From Takakia lepidozioides (lineage: Eukaryota > Plantae > Bryophyta), in contig CM060731.1 in the NCBI GenBank assembly GCA_030704615.1, positions 74,152,001 to 74,216,000 on the forward strand: a stretch of DNA of 64,000 bases, in the 5' to 3' direction. Positions within the stretch are counted from its first letter, which is position 1; each line of letters starts with the position of its first letter. The notes under the pieces were generated by a model. That model ran no database searches and was not told where the DNA came from. It was given only the letters and a program-made list of their open reading frames with translations. The position numbers and the translations under genes are program-made. Shown here one piece after another: positions 49,796-61,014 of this stretch.

Positions 49796-51279
49796 TCAGA
49801 TTAGCTATGCAAAAATTAGGTCCAACTGCAAATTCAAAGTGACCCAATTCACGTCGCTTGGGAACTTAAGGGTTAACTTATAATCTCTTGCACGTATGTG
49901 GCGCCAGTTGAAGTCTGCATCCTCGCTGCTCGCCTTCAGCCAGGGGAGGGGCGATGGAGTCTTTCCATACTGTCAACATTATTATTGAGAATATTATGTC
50001 AGCGATTTTCAAGGATCATCTAATGAAGTGTTGGTCGATAACTCCAACCAGGATATTTTTAGTGAGGTTCACGGTGATCTCGCTGTGGCAATCTTCTGTC
50101 TGCATTCCCATGCTTGCCTATCCACAACCCCACCGACAATCTAAAGTTATGCTTCTGTCCATGTCCATCGAAGACCCGTCACGGTGGTCCATCCATAGCA
50201 CCTCACATTTTGCCATTGAAAGTTCACCATGCTGGTGGGAAGAAAGTTTGATCAGTGTACTGTTAAGATAAAGTTTCTTTAACGTCCAGTGAATTTACAG
50301 AGCCTACTGCTGAACACACAGCCCATCGAGGGGCCAATGGAGGCACATGTTGAAGGATTAAACCCAGGTTATGCACTGGCAAGGCACAAATACCCAACCA
50401 CTGGGCTACCTCCTCAAGTGCAGGTGGCCCAGTCTTTGACGCACCATCTAGCACCATATAATGCAATGCATTGGTTAGCATCAATAAGTGCTTCAGTTCT
50501 CTGGCCCAAGTCAAACTGCTAAGTGCATTATTGACTTTCACTGAAACCATCACTGTTATACTACACATTCAGATCTGATCAGACATGCAATCAATGCTCG
50601 CTGATTCCACTTTCATCTCATTTTCTGCATACAGAATCATACAGCGAGTTCCTGCTGTGCTACAAAATCAACACCAGCAGAAAACCCCATAATACTAGAA
50701 ATGAGGTAAGGCTGTTTAGTCCGGCAGTTTGGGGTTAATGCAAGCATGCGGTGTGAAGCACTTTCGCTAATTTATGGCAACGGCTCCTCCAGCAAGCCCC
50801 CTGTACCGCTTGTTATTTCAGTTTCAATACCCATAGGATTGATACCCAACCTAAAATGAAATTCTGATGGAGAACATTTTTAAAAAAAAAAAGCAATAGT
50901 GTAAAAACTTACTGCAACCCTGCAATCTCTGATAGCAAGCAGGTTCAGGCCTGTCAAATCTTCTAAAGAGCGACACCAAACATCGGAGTGACACGAAGCG
51001 TGGTGACACCGGAAAGCATTGGACATCGGAGTGACTCCAATATATATACCCGCCCAACATGACTGGTTTTGGACCCTCTCCAAACTTGGCGATGTATTGA
51101 TTTTTCGTCTCGGAGACAAAAGGAAATATTAGATGACGTGATCAAGGGCTATAAGAAGAGTACATACAAGGTCCGCAGTCCAGAGAGCTCCAACTCAAGG
51201 CTTCCCTCTTCAACGCTCTGCTGCCCGCACGCATTCTAGTTTCTTCTCTAACTGTACTAGCTGCAGGGAGGACTGCAGA

Positions 51280-52599
51280 ATGGTTCTTCAGCTCCACAAT
51301 GGCCTGTCACTTCATTGCCAAAGTGGTCGCCCTACCTTCTTCCCTCGCTCCCTCCCTACAACTTCTGCATTTCAGAAGCGCCCATTCTTCTTTTCTCCTG
51401 TCAAATACTGGTCTAATTCCCTTCTGGTACGATGCACAGCTAGTAGGCTAGAACTGCAGCAATCTGAACATCTAGCAGTCAAGAATCCCACGAACGATGA
51501 GATCCAGCTTCCACCTCTCGTCTCTTCCCTCATCATCAGCGGCCTCCCACCTCGACAGCAGAGCATGTTTCATGTTGAAGCCGAGGAACGCCTTCTAAAA
51601 ATCGCACGGCACTGGAAGGTCAAGTCGTTTGAAGCGTATTGTCGTCTGGCCGTCTCGGGTAGCAGCTTCGCGTTCAGCGGAACCGTCAGTTGCGATCGTC
51701 TTGTAGCCATCTCTATGGTGTTCGCCCTCGGGTTCATGTTGGATGATCTTCTCTTTGATTCGCCAAACGACTTGCCCCTTGAGGAGTATGGCATCGATCG
51801 CAGCATCCGTGGGAGCCCTCACAAAATCGGAGAGTTCCTCCACAACTTGGACCTCCTCTTTATGCAACAAGAGCCTCCGTGCGATCCCACCCCGATCGAG
51901 GGGATGATGTGGGAATTGGGTCAGGACATGAGACGCATGTCCACCCCGGGATGGTTCAATAATTTTGCAGACTCTCTCCGCGAGCACCACAGAGTCACCC
52001 TTGCCAGCCATGTCGACGTTCTAGGCGACCGCTTTAGATATAATTTGCAAGAAGACTTGGAGACTTTCACCCAAATGCGCGCCTGGAACTCTGGAGGCTT
52101 GTTTAGTCTGAATCTCGTGGAGTTGGGCAAGAACGCCTTTCTTCCAGACGAGATTCGTGCGCAAAGCATGATGCAACAGCTGACCAATGCGGCCGTCATT
52201 CAGGCCGCTTTCGTCAACGATATTTTCTCCTACCCCAAGGAGATGCAGGAGGAAGACAATCCGCGCAATCTAATCAAGGTGTTGATGGAATCTGAAGGCA
52301 CACTGCTACCCCAAGCTGCGTGGAGAGCCGTCGACTTGGCGAACTCCTACACTCGCCTCGTCTTGGAGCTGGAGACGCAGTTGGCCGTGTTGGACGCGGA
52401 ACCTTGCGCCTTTGCTGTGCGCCGCTACGTGGAAGGTGTGAAGGAAGTCATATCTGGTACCGTTCACTGGAGCAGCCTGAACAAGCGCTACCGGCACCCC
52501 GACTCAGTTTTCCCAGAGCTCAGGGCCATCACCAATGTCCATCACCAACTGCAATGTTCAGATTTAGAACGTGATCAGATGCAGCTGCATCAACTTTGA
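51280..52599 (+). CDS. MTPSL: Microbial terpene synthase-like protein, copy 3 (439 aa)
   Basis: Same catalytic motifs; divergent patches SGSSFAF and EVISGTVHW. Confidence 0.92.
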   Translation: MVLQLHNGLSLHCQSGRPTFFPRSLPTTSAFQKRPFFFSPVKYWSNSLLVRCTASRLELQQSEHLAVKNPTNDEIQLPPLVSSLIISGLPPRQQSMFHVEAEERLLKIARHWKVKSFEAYCRLAVSGSSFAFSGTVSCDRLVAISMVFALGFMLDDLLFDSPNDLPLEEYGIDRSIRGSPHKIGEFLHNLDLLFMQQEPPCDPTPIEGMMWELGQDMRRMSTPGWFNNFADSLREHHRVTLASHVDVLGDRFRYNLQEDLETFTQMRAWNSGGLFSLNLVELGKNAFLPDEIRAQSMMQQLTNAAVIQAAFVNDIFSYPKEMQEEDNPRNLIKVLMESEGTLLPQAAWRAVDLANSYTRLVLELETQLAVLDAEPCAFAVRRYVEGVKEVISGTVHWSSLNKRYRHPDSVFPELRAITNVHHQLQCSDLERDQMQLHQL

Positions 52600-55500
52600 T
52601 ATATTTTACCCAATACTGAGTCACAATGTCGACCATATATGTCAGCATGCTTGAAGTGCACAGGAGGACTTGATATATTTTCATGTACATGTCATAATGT
52701 AATGCAACTGGTGTTACTCATAGCAACGTTTGTCTATATTAGAATAACGATTTGGATTCTGCATATATGATGCTGCTGCTTTTGATCTGCCATCTCATGT
52801 TTTAGCAAAGAAAGAGAAAAAGGAAATGGAGAAGCGGAGAGGAGCGAATCGGACTAAGTTTGGTTGGACTAGAAAACGAAAAGCAAATTTCAATTGTGGA
52901 TCAGGTTCCAGTGTTTTTGTACTTGTATCCCTTGGGCCCTTTGGCTCTCCTGTGGATGTAATACAAAACATCTCTTTCTCTTTCTTACTGTATTGGTCCT
53001 GTGGCCCTGGGTGGGGTTCATGATGGACTCAACAAGGTTTCTCTCTTTTTCACAAATGTTTGGCAGCCTACCTGCACGAGGCATTCACCCTTTAGACAAT
53101 CACTAGAACATTAGTTCTTATCTCTCTGGCTTCCTGTTTTCTCTCATGTTTTTCTTCCCATTTTGTCTATGAGCTTTCCGCGGACATTATAAAGCACCAT
53201 TTCATTTCATTTCATTTCTCTTTCTTTCTTTCCTTAACCCCGTTTTGGGTCCATGGTGCTTCTAGTTTTCCCTTGTACCTGTACTTTGCCCATGGTCCCT
53301 AAGGCCCCATAAGAGGTAACAAATTTCTTTCATTCTTATTTCTCTTTGCCCCATGAACATATTGCCCAATTCTCTTCTCTTCGTTTTCTCTTGTAGTTCC
53401 AATATGTGCCATGTAGTTCCTGTGTGGACATGATGAATCTCATTTCTTCCTCTTCTCCTCAATGTTGTTTTAAAGAGTTTTCTTGAGAAATTTTGGCAGG
53501 CCAGAATCTGTATTAAAAAGGGTAGGTCTCTCTATTGGAGGCACATTCCTATAGGGAACACACCCATCAATGTCCTATCAATGAGCGTTTGTGATCTGTG
53601 GCAAGACTCCAAGAAGCACAGGTACATCAGTAGTCATCTTTCTCTCTGGCTGTTTCCTCTTTCATGGTCCACAAATGGGGAAGATCGTAGGTCGAACTAC
53701 TGAAGCAATTTCCCTCCAGTAGCAAGGTTTGCTTATATATACCAGTCATGCGGAATGTGGGATGTGAACTCCATCAATGCTGTTCACCCCAGGCATCATA
53801 TTTACAAGATCCCTTCGTTGCATGTTTTGGGTGGTAAGTGCACCCCGGTCTTGAAATTCGCTCTGTTTCTCCAAACTTTTTTTGTCTAGATTCTAGTTTG
53901 CTCAGAGTGGTTTGTCCTGGAAGGCCTTCTGGGATCACCTGAAGCAGCAGCCTCCATAACTCCTAGTGACATCAGAACTGAGAATTCGTACCGTAACAAC
54001 CATTGTCCTCTGTAACTACCCCTTTGCGCCCAAGTTTGCTCCCGATAAGACCTGCTTCTACAGTAGTCTTAGCAGACTAAGAAATCAAGCTCTTTAGAGG
54101 AAATCAGTGGCGTGGCAGCTTGCTCTGATGGTCTGTATCTTGAAGTATTATCCATGGGCAATTTCAACACTATATCTTGCACATGTGTCAATAGTTATAA
54201 CCTACTCCCCAATCTCGTTGGCTGCAAAAAGCAGCCAACTCACCCTGACACTGTGGAGTAGGAAGTGTTCTGTTATGGTTTTTGGCAAACAAGTGCCAGT
54301 ATGTTAGTTTGTTGGTTCTCTGAGCACTTTAGTCCTTTTTAAATGAACATACAGGCTCCATACAGACTCCACAATGTATTCTTTGTCTTTGCTTCCAGGG
54401 TTTGGCTGCTGATGCTCCCACAGTTCCATCTCATTGTTCCCTGTCTTGCCTTACAAAGCGCTGGAAGGCTGCAAGGGATTTTGCGACACATTGGCAAACA
54501 CACTCATCGAGTTCATCAGTAGACAATCCAGAGGTCTATCAGATCAAGTGAAAAGGCTCCAGTTCAATTTCATCCAGTGCAGAGGTCGAAGTCGAAGATC
54601 AATTCACTTTCATCTGTTCAGCCCACTCCATTTCACCGTGCAGCTAAATCACATTGGCATGGGGTTGTACATACTACATCTCCTAAAAATTTCTTGCATT
54701 CAAATTGCAACGACAAAACTTCTGAATTTTTTAATAGATGCACCTGCATTTCCGCTCCCAATGGGTGTCTCCTGGTTTCCATGGGTAACTGTAAGCATCC
54801 ATATCCTACATCCCTTTCTTTGTAGGCTAGCTTGCTGGCTAATGTTGAGAGCTCTCTTCCATGACCTTACCTGTGAGTCTATTGCTTCCTGGTCTCTCTC
54901 TCTCGTTATGTCAAGCTATGTGTCTGCGTCACAGTGGAGAATTGCTCACACAAAGCCGTCGTTTTGAGGCAGGTGTTCTGCAATTCAAGTGCGCACATAC
55001 TCTCTCTCTCTTGGCTTCTGGGCTGCTTTTGGCTGTGATTTTGTCTCTTCTTTCTGGTTTCTCCCTTTTGTACCATAAGCTCTTTGAGATTTCCCCGGAG
55101 GTTATAAAGTACCATTTCATTTCATTTCATTTCTCTCTCTTTCGTTTCTATAGTGTCTCTCTCTCTGTGGTATCTATCTTCTCATGTGGTTCAGCTTCTG
55201 GTCTTGCTCTTGTTTGCACCACCCCAATGAAGGGCAGTTCCCACCTGCTTGATTCTCTCCATATGGTTGTCTTGGCAGGGTTTCCCACAACCGCCTTTCC
55301 TTTTCAGACTGCCAGTCATCAGCCTCGTTCTCCAATGCTTCACTTTCTTCCCAAGTGAAGTGCTCTTCTCTTTTATGCTTCAACGTCCCTGCAGGTGTTT
55401 TTTCCTTCATCTCCCGTGGTGCTTTCGAATGAATGAGCACTGATTTGCATCTGTTGGCAACACTTACGGTGTCCATTTCCTTGCATGCCACTACAGGCCC

Positions 55501-57525
55501 GTCATTGACTTTCTTGGCAGGGAAGTCTCCTCCTTCTCCCTCATTTTCTGGCTTTGTTGGTGCCCCACTCACCATGCTATCAGGGCTGCATTTATTTCGT
55601 GGTGTTGCGCCAGCCAAGGGCGATCTTTCACTAGTCCGATTGTTGGCAACAGCTGATTGGAGTCTTCTTGGCAGAGTCTCCCACGAGCTCCCATCAATTT
55701 CAGGCATCAGGTTTTCTACCCTGCCCTTCCACTTTTCATAAGTGAGGTGCCTGTCTTCCTCCCTTTCACTCTTCAGTCTCTCAGGCAGATTTTTCTTCAT
55801 GCGATTGCTGCTCCCATACTTCCAGTCCTTGTTTAATTTTCTCCAGCCATCACCCTCAGATTTGACAAGGTATTGCTGCCTTTCCTTGTGTCTTTCCTCA
55901 CTCCCAGCTGCTAGTTTTATCCCAGATTCACCTCTCATCCTTGCCTAGGGTTTTGCTTGCCAAACAGCCCTTGTGTGGGGAACTTCAATGAAAGGCAACA
56001 TCTCATTCTCAGCTCCTATCTTTGTACCTCTTTGCAGCAGTCCAGCCTCGGATGCCTCACTTTCTGATTGCTAGGTTGCATTCTTCGACCGCCAACCTTT
56101 GACAAGAAAGTGTGCTCCATCTTCCTCATCTTCTATTGGCTCCCTTGATGCTTCACCTCGTATGTCTTCCTCCTCATGTTTTAGCAGCAGCTCCCATGCT
56201 TGAATTGCTACTTTTCCTCGTAATTGATCTTGTGCTTTCCTTTTTCTCCGTAGCTTAATCAACTGTTTTGTCTTGGCAGCTCCCTTGCCATGAGTGCCTT
56301 GTCTCACTGCATCTCCCTTGGCTGCCCACCATCCGTGGAGTCTTTCTTGCACCATTTTGACCCTCGTTGGCATGCACTTTGCTGTGATGCCCCACATGTA
56401 TTTGCTGCTCCCTTTAATCATCAACATAGTGCTCCAGAGCCAGTTCCTCATTGTTGACTAGTTGACCTTCTCAGCCCTTGGACCCCATTTTCCCTTCTCC
56501 CATGTTGCCTCGTCTTTCTGCTTCATCATTTGCTTTACTTGCACGATGTTGCTTCTTCCCTACAGCTCATCATGTGTTGTGGCTCTTTCCCATGTTGCAC
56601 TCACTCCCATCACACGTTGTGCAGTTGATAAGACTGAGATGAGTTGATGCAGGATAGGGGGAGGGCTTGCTGGTGTATGTTGTCCGATAGGCCCCACGCA
56701 CAGAGTCAAAGCTGGAAGTCAGTCTTGCAAGGACCCAAGTGAGATAAGTCTGGTGGGGGTAGCATCTTGGGGGATGGCAGTTAGGGCAATGTGTATCTAG
56801 GGCAATATATGTCATAGCAACGGGTGATGTGCTGCCAATTTTGAGGATAGAGACAGCCTGTAAGCTGTAGATTTGTATCAGTGGTTTCTTCTGACACATA
56901 TGCTCCCAGTTTGCCACAACCAGTTTTGTTTGCGTTTGTAGTGCATGTGCGAGCCTGCTGGGGAAGGGCAAAGAGGTCCATGGTTGCATCGTCAAAGCTG
57001 GAATTGTGGCAGATGTCATTCTGAACAATACCCTTGTGGACAGGGAGTGTTCAACAATATGGCTGAGCGAAGGATAGAGTGTAATGACTGCTAATGAAGG
57101 TACCTTCTTCAATTTCACCTTGTTGTCCCCTGTTATCAGAATCGCCCCTAATTATTCATGTCTGAAATCTGCAAGTTAGCTGGTTGAGTGAAGCTTTGAT
57201 AGTTTGGAGTGACTTTGACATGATTCTGCCGATGTGACAACAGGAAAGTATCAGAAATAGGTAACACAAACGAGGAGAAGTTGTGGAATGAATACTTTTC
57301 TGACCCCAGTCAATGGTGGGACAATCGAGGCAAGAAGGTGAATGTTTGTTGGATTATAGAGAGTAGCAGATGCAATTGAGCGTAGGAACTAGTGTGATAA
57401 GTTGAGTTGGGTGCTTCCTAGAACAAGTCTAGGCTGTCATCGTCAACTGCTAGCAACAAGGCAAGGTTGTATGCATGATTCGTGCGAGGCATGGATAGCT
57501 GAAGGGAGCAAGGATAGAGTGTGGG

Positions 57526-58253
57526 TGTCGCGGCCCTTTGCCTTGAGGGCAGGGGGTCGGGACACATGAGGGGCTGCCCCTGTGGTGGGGGCAGCGGCAG
57601 CGATAGGTATGGGGGGCTGAAGCACCCTTGAGTGCCCAAGGCACTCAAGGAGGCGGAGGCGCTCACTAGGTGGAGCCTCGCACACCGGGTTGCGGTGGGG
57701 GTGGCTCCACAAGGGGTGGTGGTAGCTTAGCGGGACTTAGTGGGGGTGGCATAGGACTCACCATGGGGGCGGAGACCTCGTGGTGGGAGTCGTGGGGAGT
57801 CTTGGGACTCATCACGGTCCATAGAGGCCGTGGTGAGTGGGCCAAGACTCACCGCGACTCATCACCGGGAGTCGAGGGTTTTCGTGGTGGTTCGGCATAA
57901 AATGGCATGGCTGGTTGTGAAACCCCCGCGGACAGCTACAGAAGTATATATAAGGGGAGTAGTGACCCCGAGAACGGTGCAAGCCCGTTGGTGACCAAAA
58001 ACTAGTGAGTAAGCGAGCGAGCCGGAAAGCGACCAAAGAGTGGGGAGCTGTTCCGGACTGCCATCTACCAAAGGGAATTCCACTAGGCCCAAATAGGTGG
58101 AGGGTTTAGTGGGAGAGCGAAGGGGGACCGTTATGTCCCGGTGAGCAGCCGAAGCTCCAAGTTGGCCCGGCGGCCAGGTTGGGAGTCAGGCGCGCGCATC
58201 AAAGCGAGTAACTGTGACTTGAAGGGGAGCTTACCGAAGTGAGGTGCGCGACA
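57526..58253 (+). mobile_element. Solo LTR of the chromovirus
   Basis: TGTCGCG...CGCGACA flanked by GTGGG on both sides (rc of CCCAC); same flanking sequence as the full element. Confidence 0.97.
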
Positions 58254-60309
58254 GTGGGTGCAGATTCACCCAAGAGGGAAAGGAGCAGGGATAGAGTGTG
58301 GTCCAAATTCATCCTAGAGGGCCAAATTTCAAGCACAAGATTTATCTATGATTCACTGTGGATCAATAACTACAAGAAACCTCCATGGGTAGATGGTCTA
58401 TTCCGTGGAACTCACTGAAGTCTTGCATTATGAGGATTAGAACTGCTTGACAGCTTACTTGCACGAGGCCTTGACCCTTAGGCAATCCCCAGAGCAGCAG
58501 TAGCTTTTGGGCTGCTTTTTTACTTTGTGTTTTTCATTTTGTCCCATAAGCTCTTTGAGCTTTCCGCAGATGTAATAAAGTACCATTTTGTTTCATTTCA
58601 TTCATTTTCATTTCATTTTGTTTCATGGCATGTCTTTCATCGTTTGTGCATTTCTAATGCATGATTAGTTCTCTTGTGTGGCATTACTAGTCGACTCACT
58701 ACACCAAAACTCCAAAGCATGAATCACTATGAATGATTGTTCAAGTAATTTCGAGCACTTCATGTAAAGTAGTAAAGCAGTGGTTGCGCCAACTTCTGCA
58801 GTCGCAATTGCCACTTGGGCATGTAGCACTGCAAGTTATGTGGTCTACTACCACGTGGCGCCCCAAAGGCCCGTGGCCACGTGGCAGCAGTGCTGCTCGT
58901 TGTGGCGCCGCCACGTCGGCGTCCACATCGTCGTCCACGTCCGCGTCCATGTGTCACCGCGCTTCGGTGAGTCGGTCCACTCATCCGGAGGGAAAAGTCA
59001 AAGTCAGCCCAAAAGGTTACGCCACGTGGTTCTTCAACATTAATCGCATTAATCGCTGAGCAGTTGTTCGCGCGTCTGCGTCCTTTACCACTCCAATCAT
59101 TGGATGTCCAACCCAACTACCACGTCTGTTGTAACTAGTCTGTTGTAACTTCCAGTCGATCCCAGTTTTTTGACTTTTACGACTCAAAATGAGTCGTTAC
59201 CCCAGTGGTAAATGACACGAATGCTTCTAGTGTGATGTGGTGAGCAAATGATGCGCGAAGGGGTGAAGCCCAACCACATCACGTTCATTTATGTTTGGCA
59301 GCTGTTGCCTTTAGTTGACCATCTACGCATGCAGGTTTCTTGTAGCTATTGATCCACAGGGAATCATACGTAATCTTAGTGCTTGAAATCTGGCCCTCTT
59401 GGATGAATCTGGACCCACACTCTATCCCTTCTCCTTCAGCTATCCATGCCTCTGCACAAAATCATGCATTCATCTTTGCCCTTGCTGCTAGCAGCTGACA
59501 ATGACAACCTAGGAAACACCCAATCATACTAGTTCATATGCTGAATTACGTCTGCTACTCTCTGTCACCTAACAGGGATTCAACCTTTTGCCTCGGTTGT
59601 CCCACCATTGACTGGGGTCAGCAAAGTATTCATTCCATACCTTCTCCTCATCTCTGTAACCTGTTTTTGGATACTTTCCTATTATCACATTGGCAGTATC
59701 ATGTCAAAGTCACTCCAAACCAAATTCACTCAACCAGCTAACATGCAGAATTCAACATGGAAATTTAGGGCCGATTCTGACAAGAGGGAAAAACAGGGTG
59801 AAATGTGTTGAAGAAGGTGCCTTCATTAGCAGTGCCTTGTTCTATCATTTGTGCGGCTGCAGCTGCTATTTCCAGTTGACCATCTACCCAACCACCTAAC
59901 TTACAGAATTCAATATGCATCTCAGGGCCGAGTCTGATGAGAGGGCAAAACAGGCTGAAATAGGTCGAAGAAGAAGGTACCCTCACCACATTGTCCTTGA
60001 CCTTGTGGCATGACCCATATAGGATTTGACCATCAACCCAAAAAGACCCATTGTGTGTGCTGCTTGTGTCTGTAGTTAGGTGATGTCGGATTGGTCTGTG
60101 AGAACCACCACGGTGCAGCTGAGCAGACATAGATTGAAACACGACCTGCTAAGACCGAGCTGACTCTCCCAAGAACCTTGTAAACATAATCAGGAAGAAT
60201 ATCAAATCATGGTACTAACAGGAGCCATGAGCCCACATGTGCAGGATGAACAAACTTGTTCACATCGTACATTAAGAAAAAGCCACACCTTGCGATTGCA
60301 GTTGTCCCA

Positions 60310-60575
60310 CCACCGTGACATATGGTACAATTCCAGCTTTGACGATGTCACCATGGACCTCTTTCCCCTTTTCCAGAGATCCCAGGCTTGCACACGCATT
60401 GCAAACACAAACAAATGTGATGTGCTCGGGCTTCACCCCTTTGCGCAGAATTTGCTCATAGGTCTCCAAAGCATTCCTACCACACCCATGCTTGGCAAAT
60501 CCTGTCAACATTATATTCCACGTGATCAAAGATCGTTGAGGCATTCTGTTGAACACTTGGTGAGCACCACATTGC
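60310..60575 (-). pseudogene. PLS-PPR fragment (duplicate of 16340-16610)
   Basis: Essentially the same translation as the left copy. Confidence 0.85.
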
Positions 60576-61014
60576 GCGAAACCCCTCCGCGCTCGAGCAC
60601 GCGGAGGCATCCCTTCCCCGTGCTGCTTTTCAGGCATTTTGGGTAGGTTCCAAAGAAATTAACGACGACGATGTGTCTATGGTGACATGGCGATGATGAT
60701 GTGGCACTATGGTACCCTATTCCTGCTCTACGCTAAACTAGCTTTCGACCTTCGGTCGCTAAAATCAGATAGGCCCCAACCTAGGATATTGGAATCATCT
60801 AAAGAATCCATCCAAGGCTAGAAAGATTCCTCAAATATTCTCGCTTACCCAAGATCAAAGCCCACAAGCAAGCCCCACATGTTTCATTGGGCCAATAGGG
60901 CCCACTCTTAGAAGGGGCTTAGTATATTTCATTGGGCCAATAGGCCCCAGCCTTGAAAGGGGGCACTAGCCGCAAGGTGAAGTGGCTCTTAGTTACGCCG
61001 GCTTTGGCAAGAGT

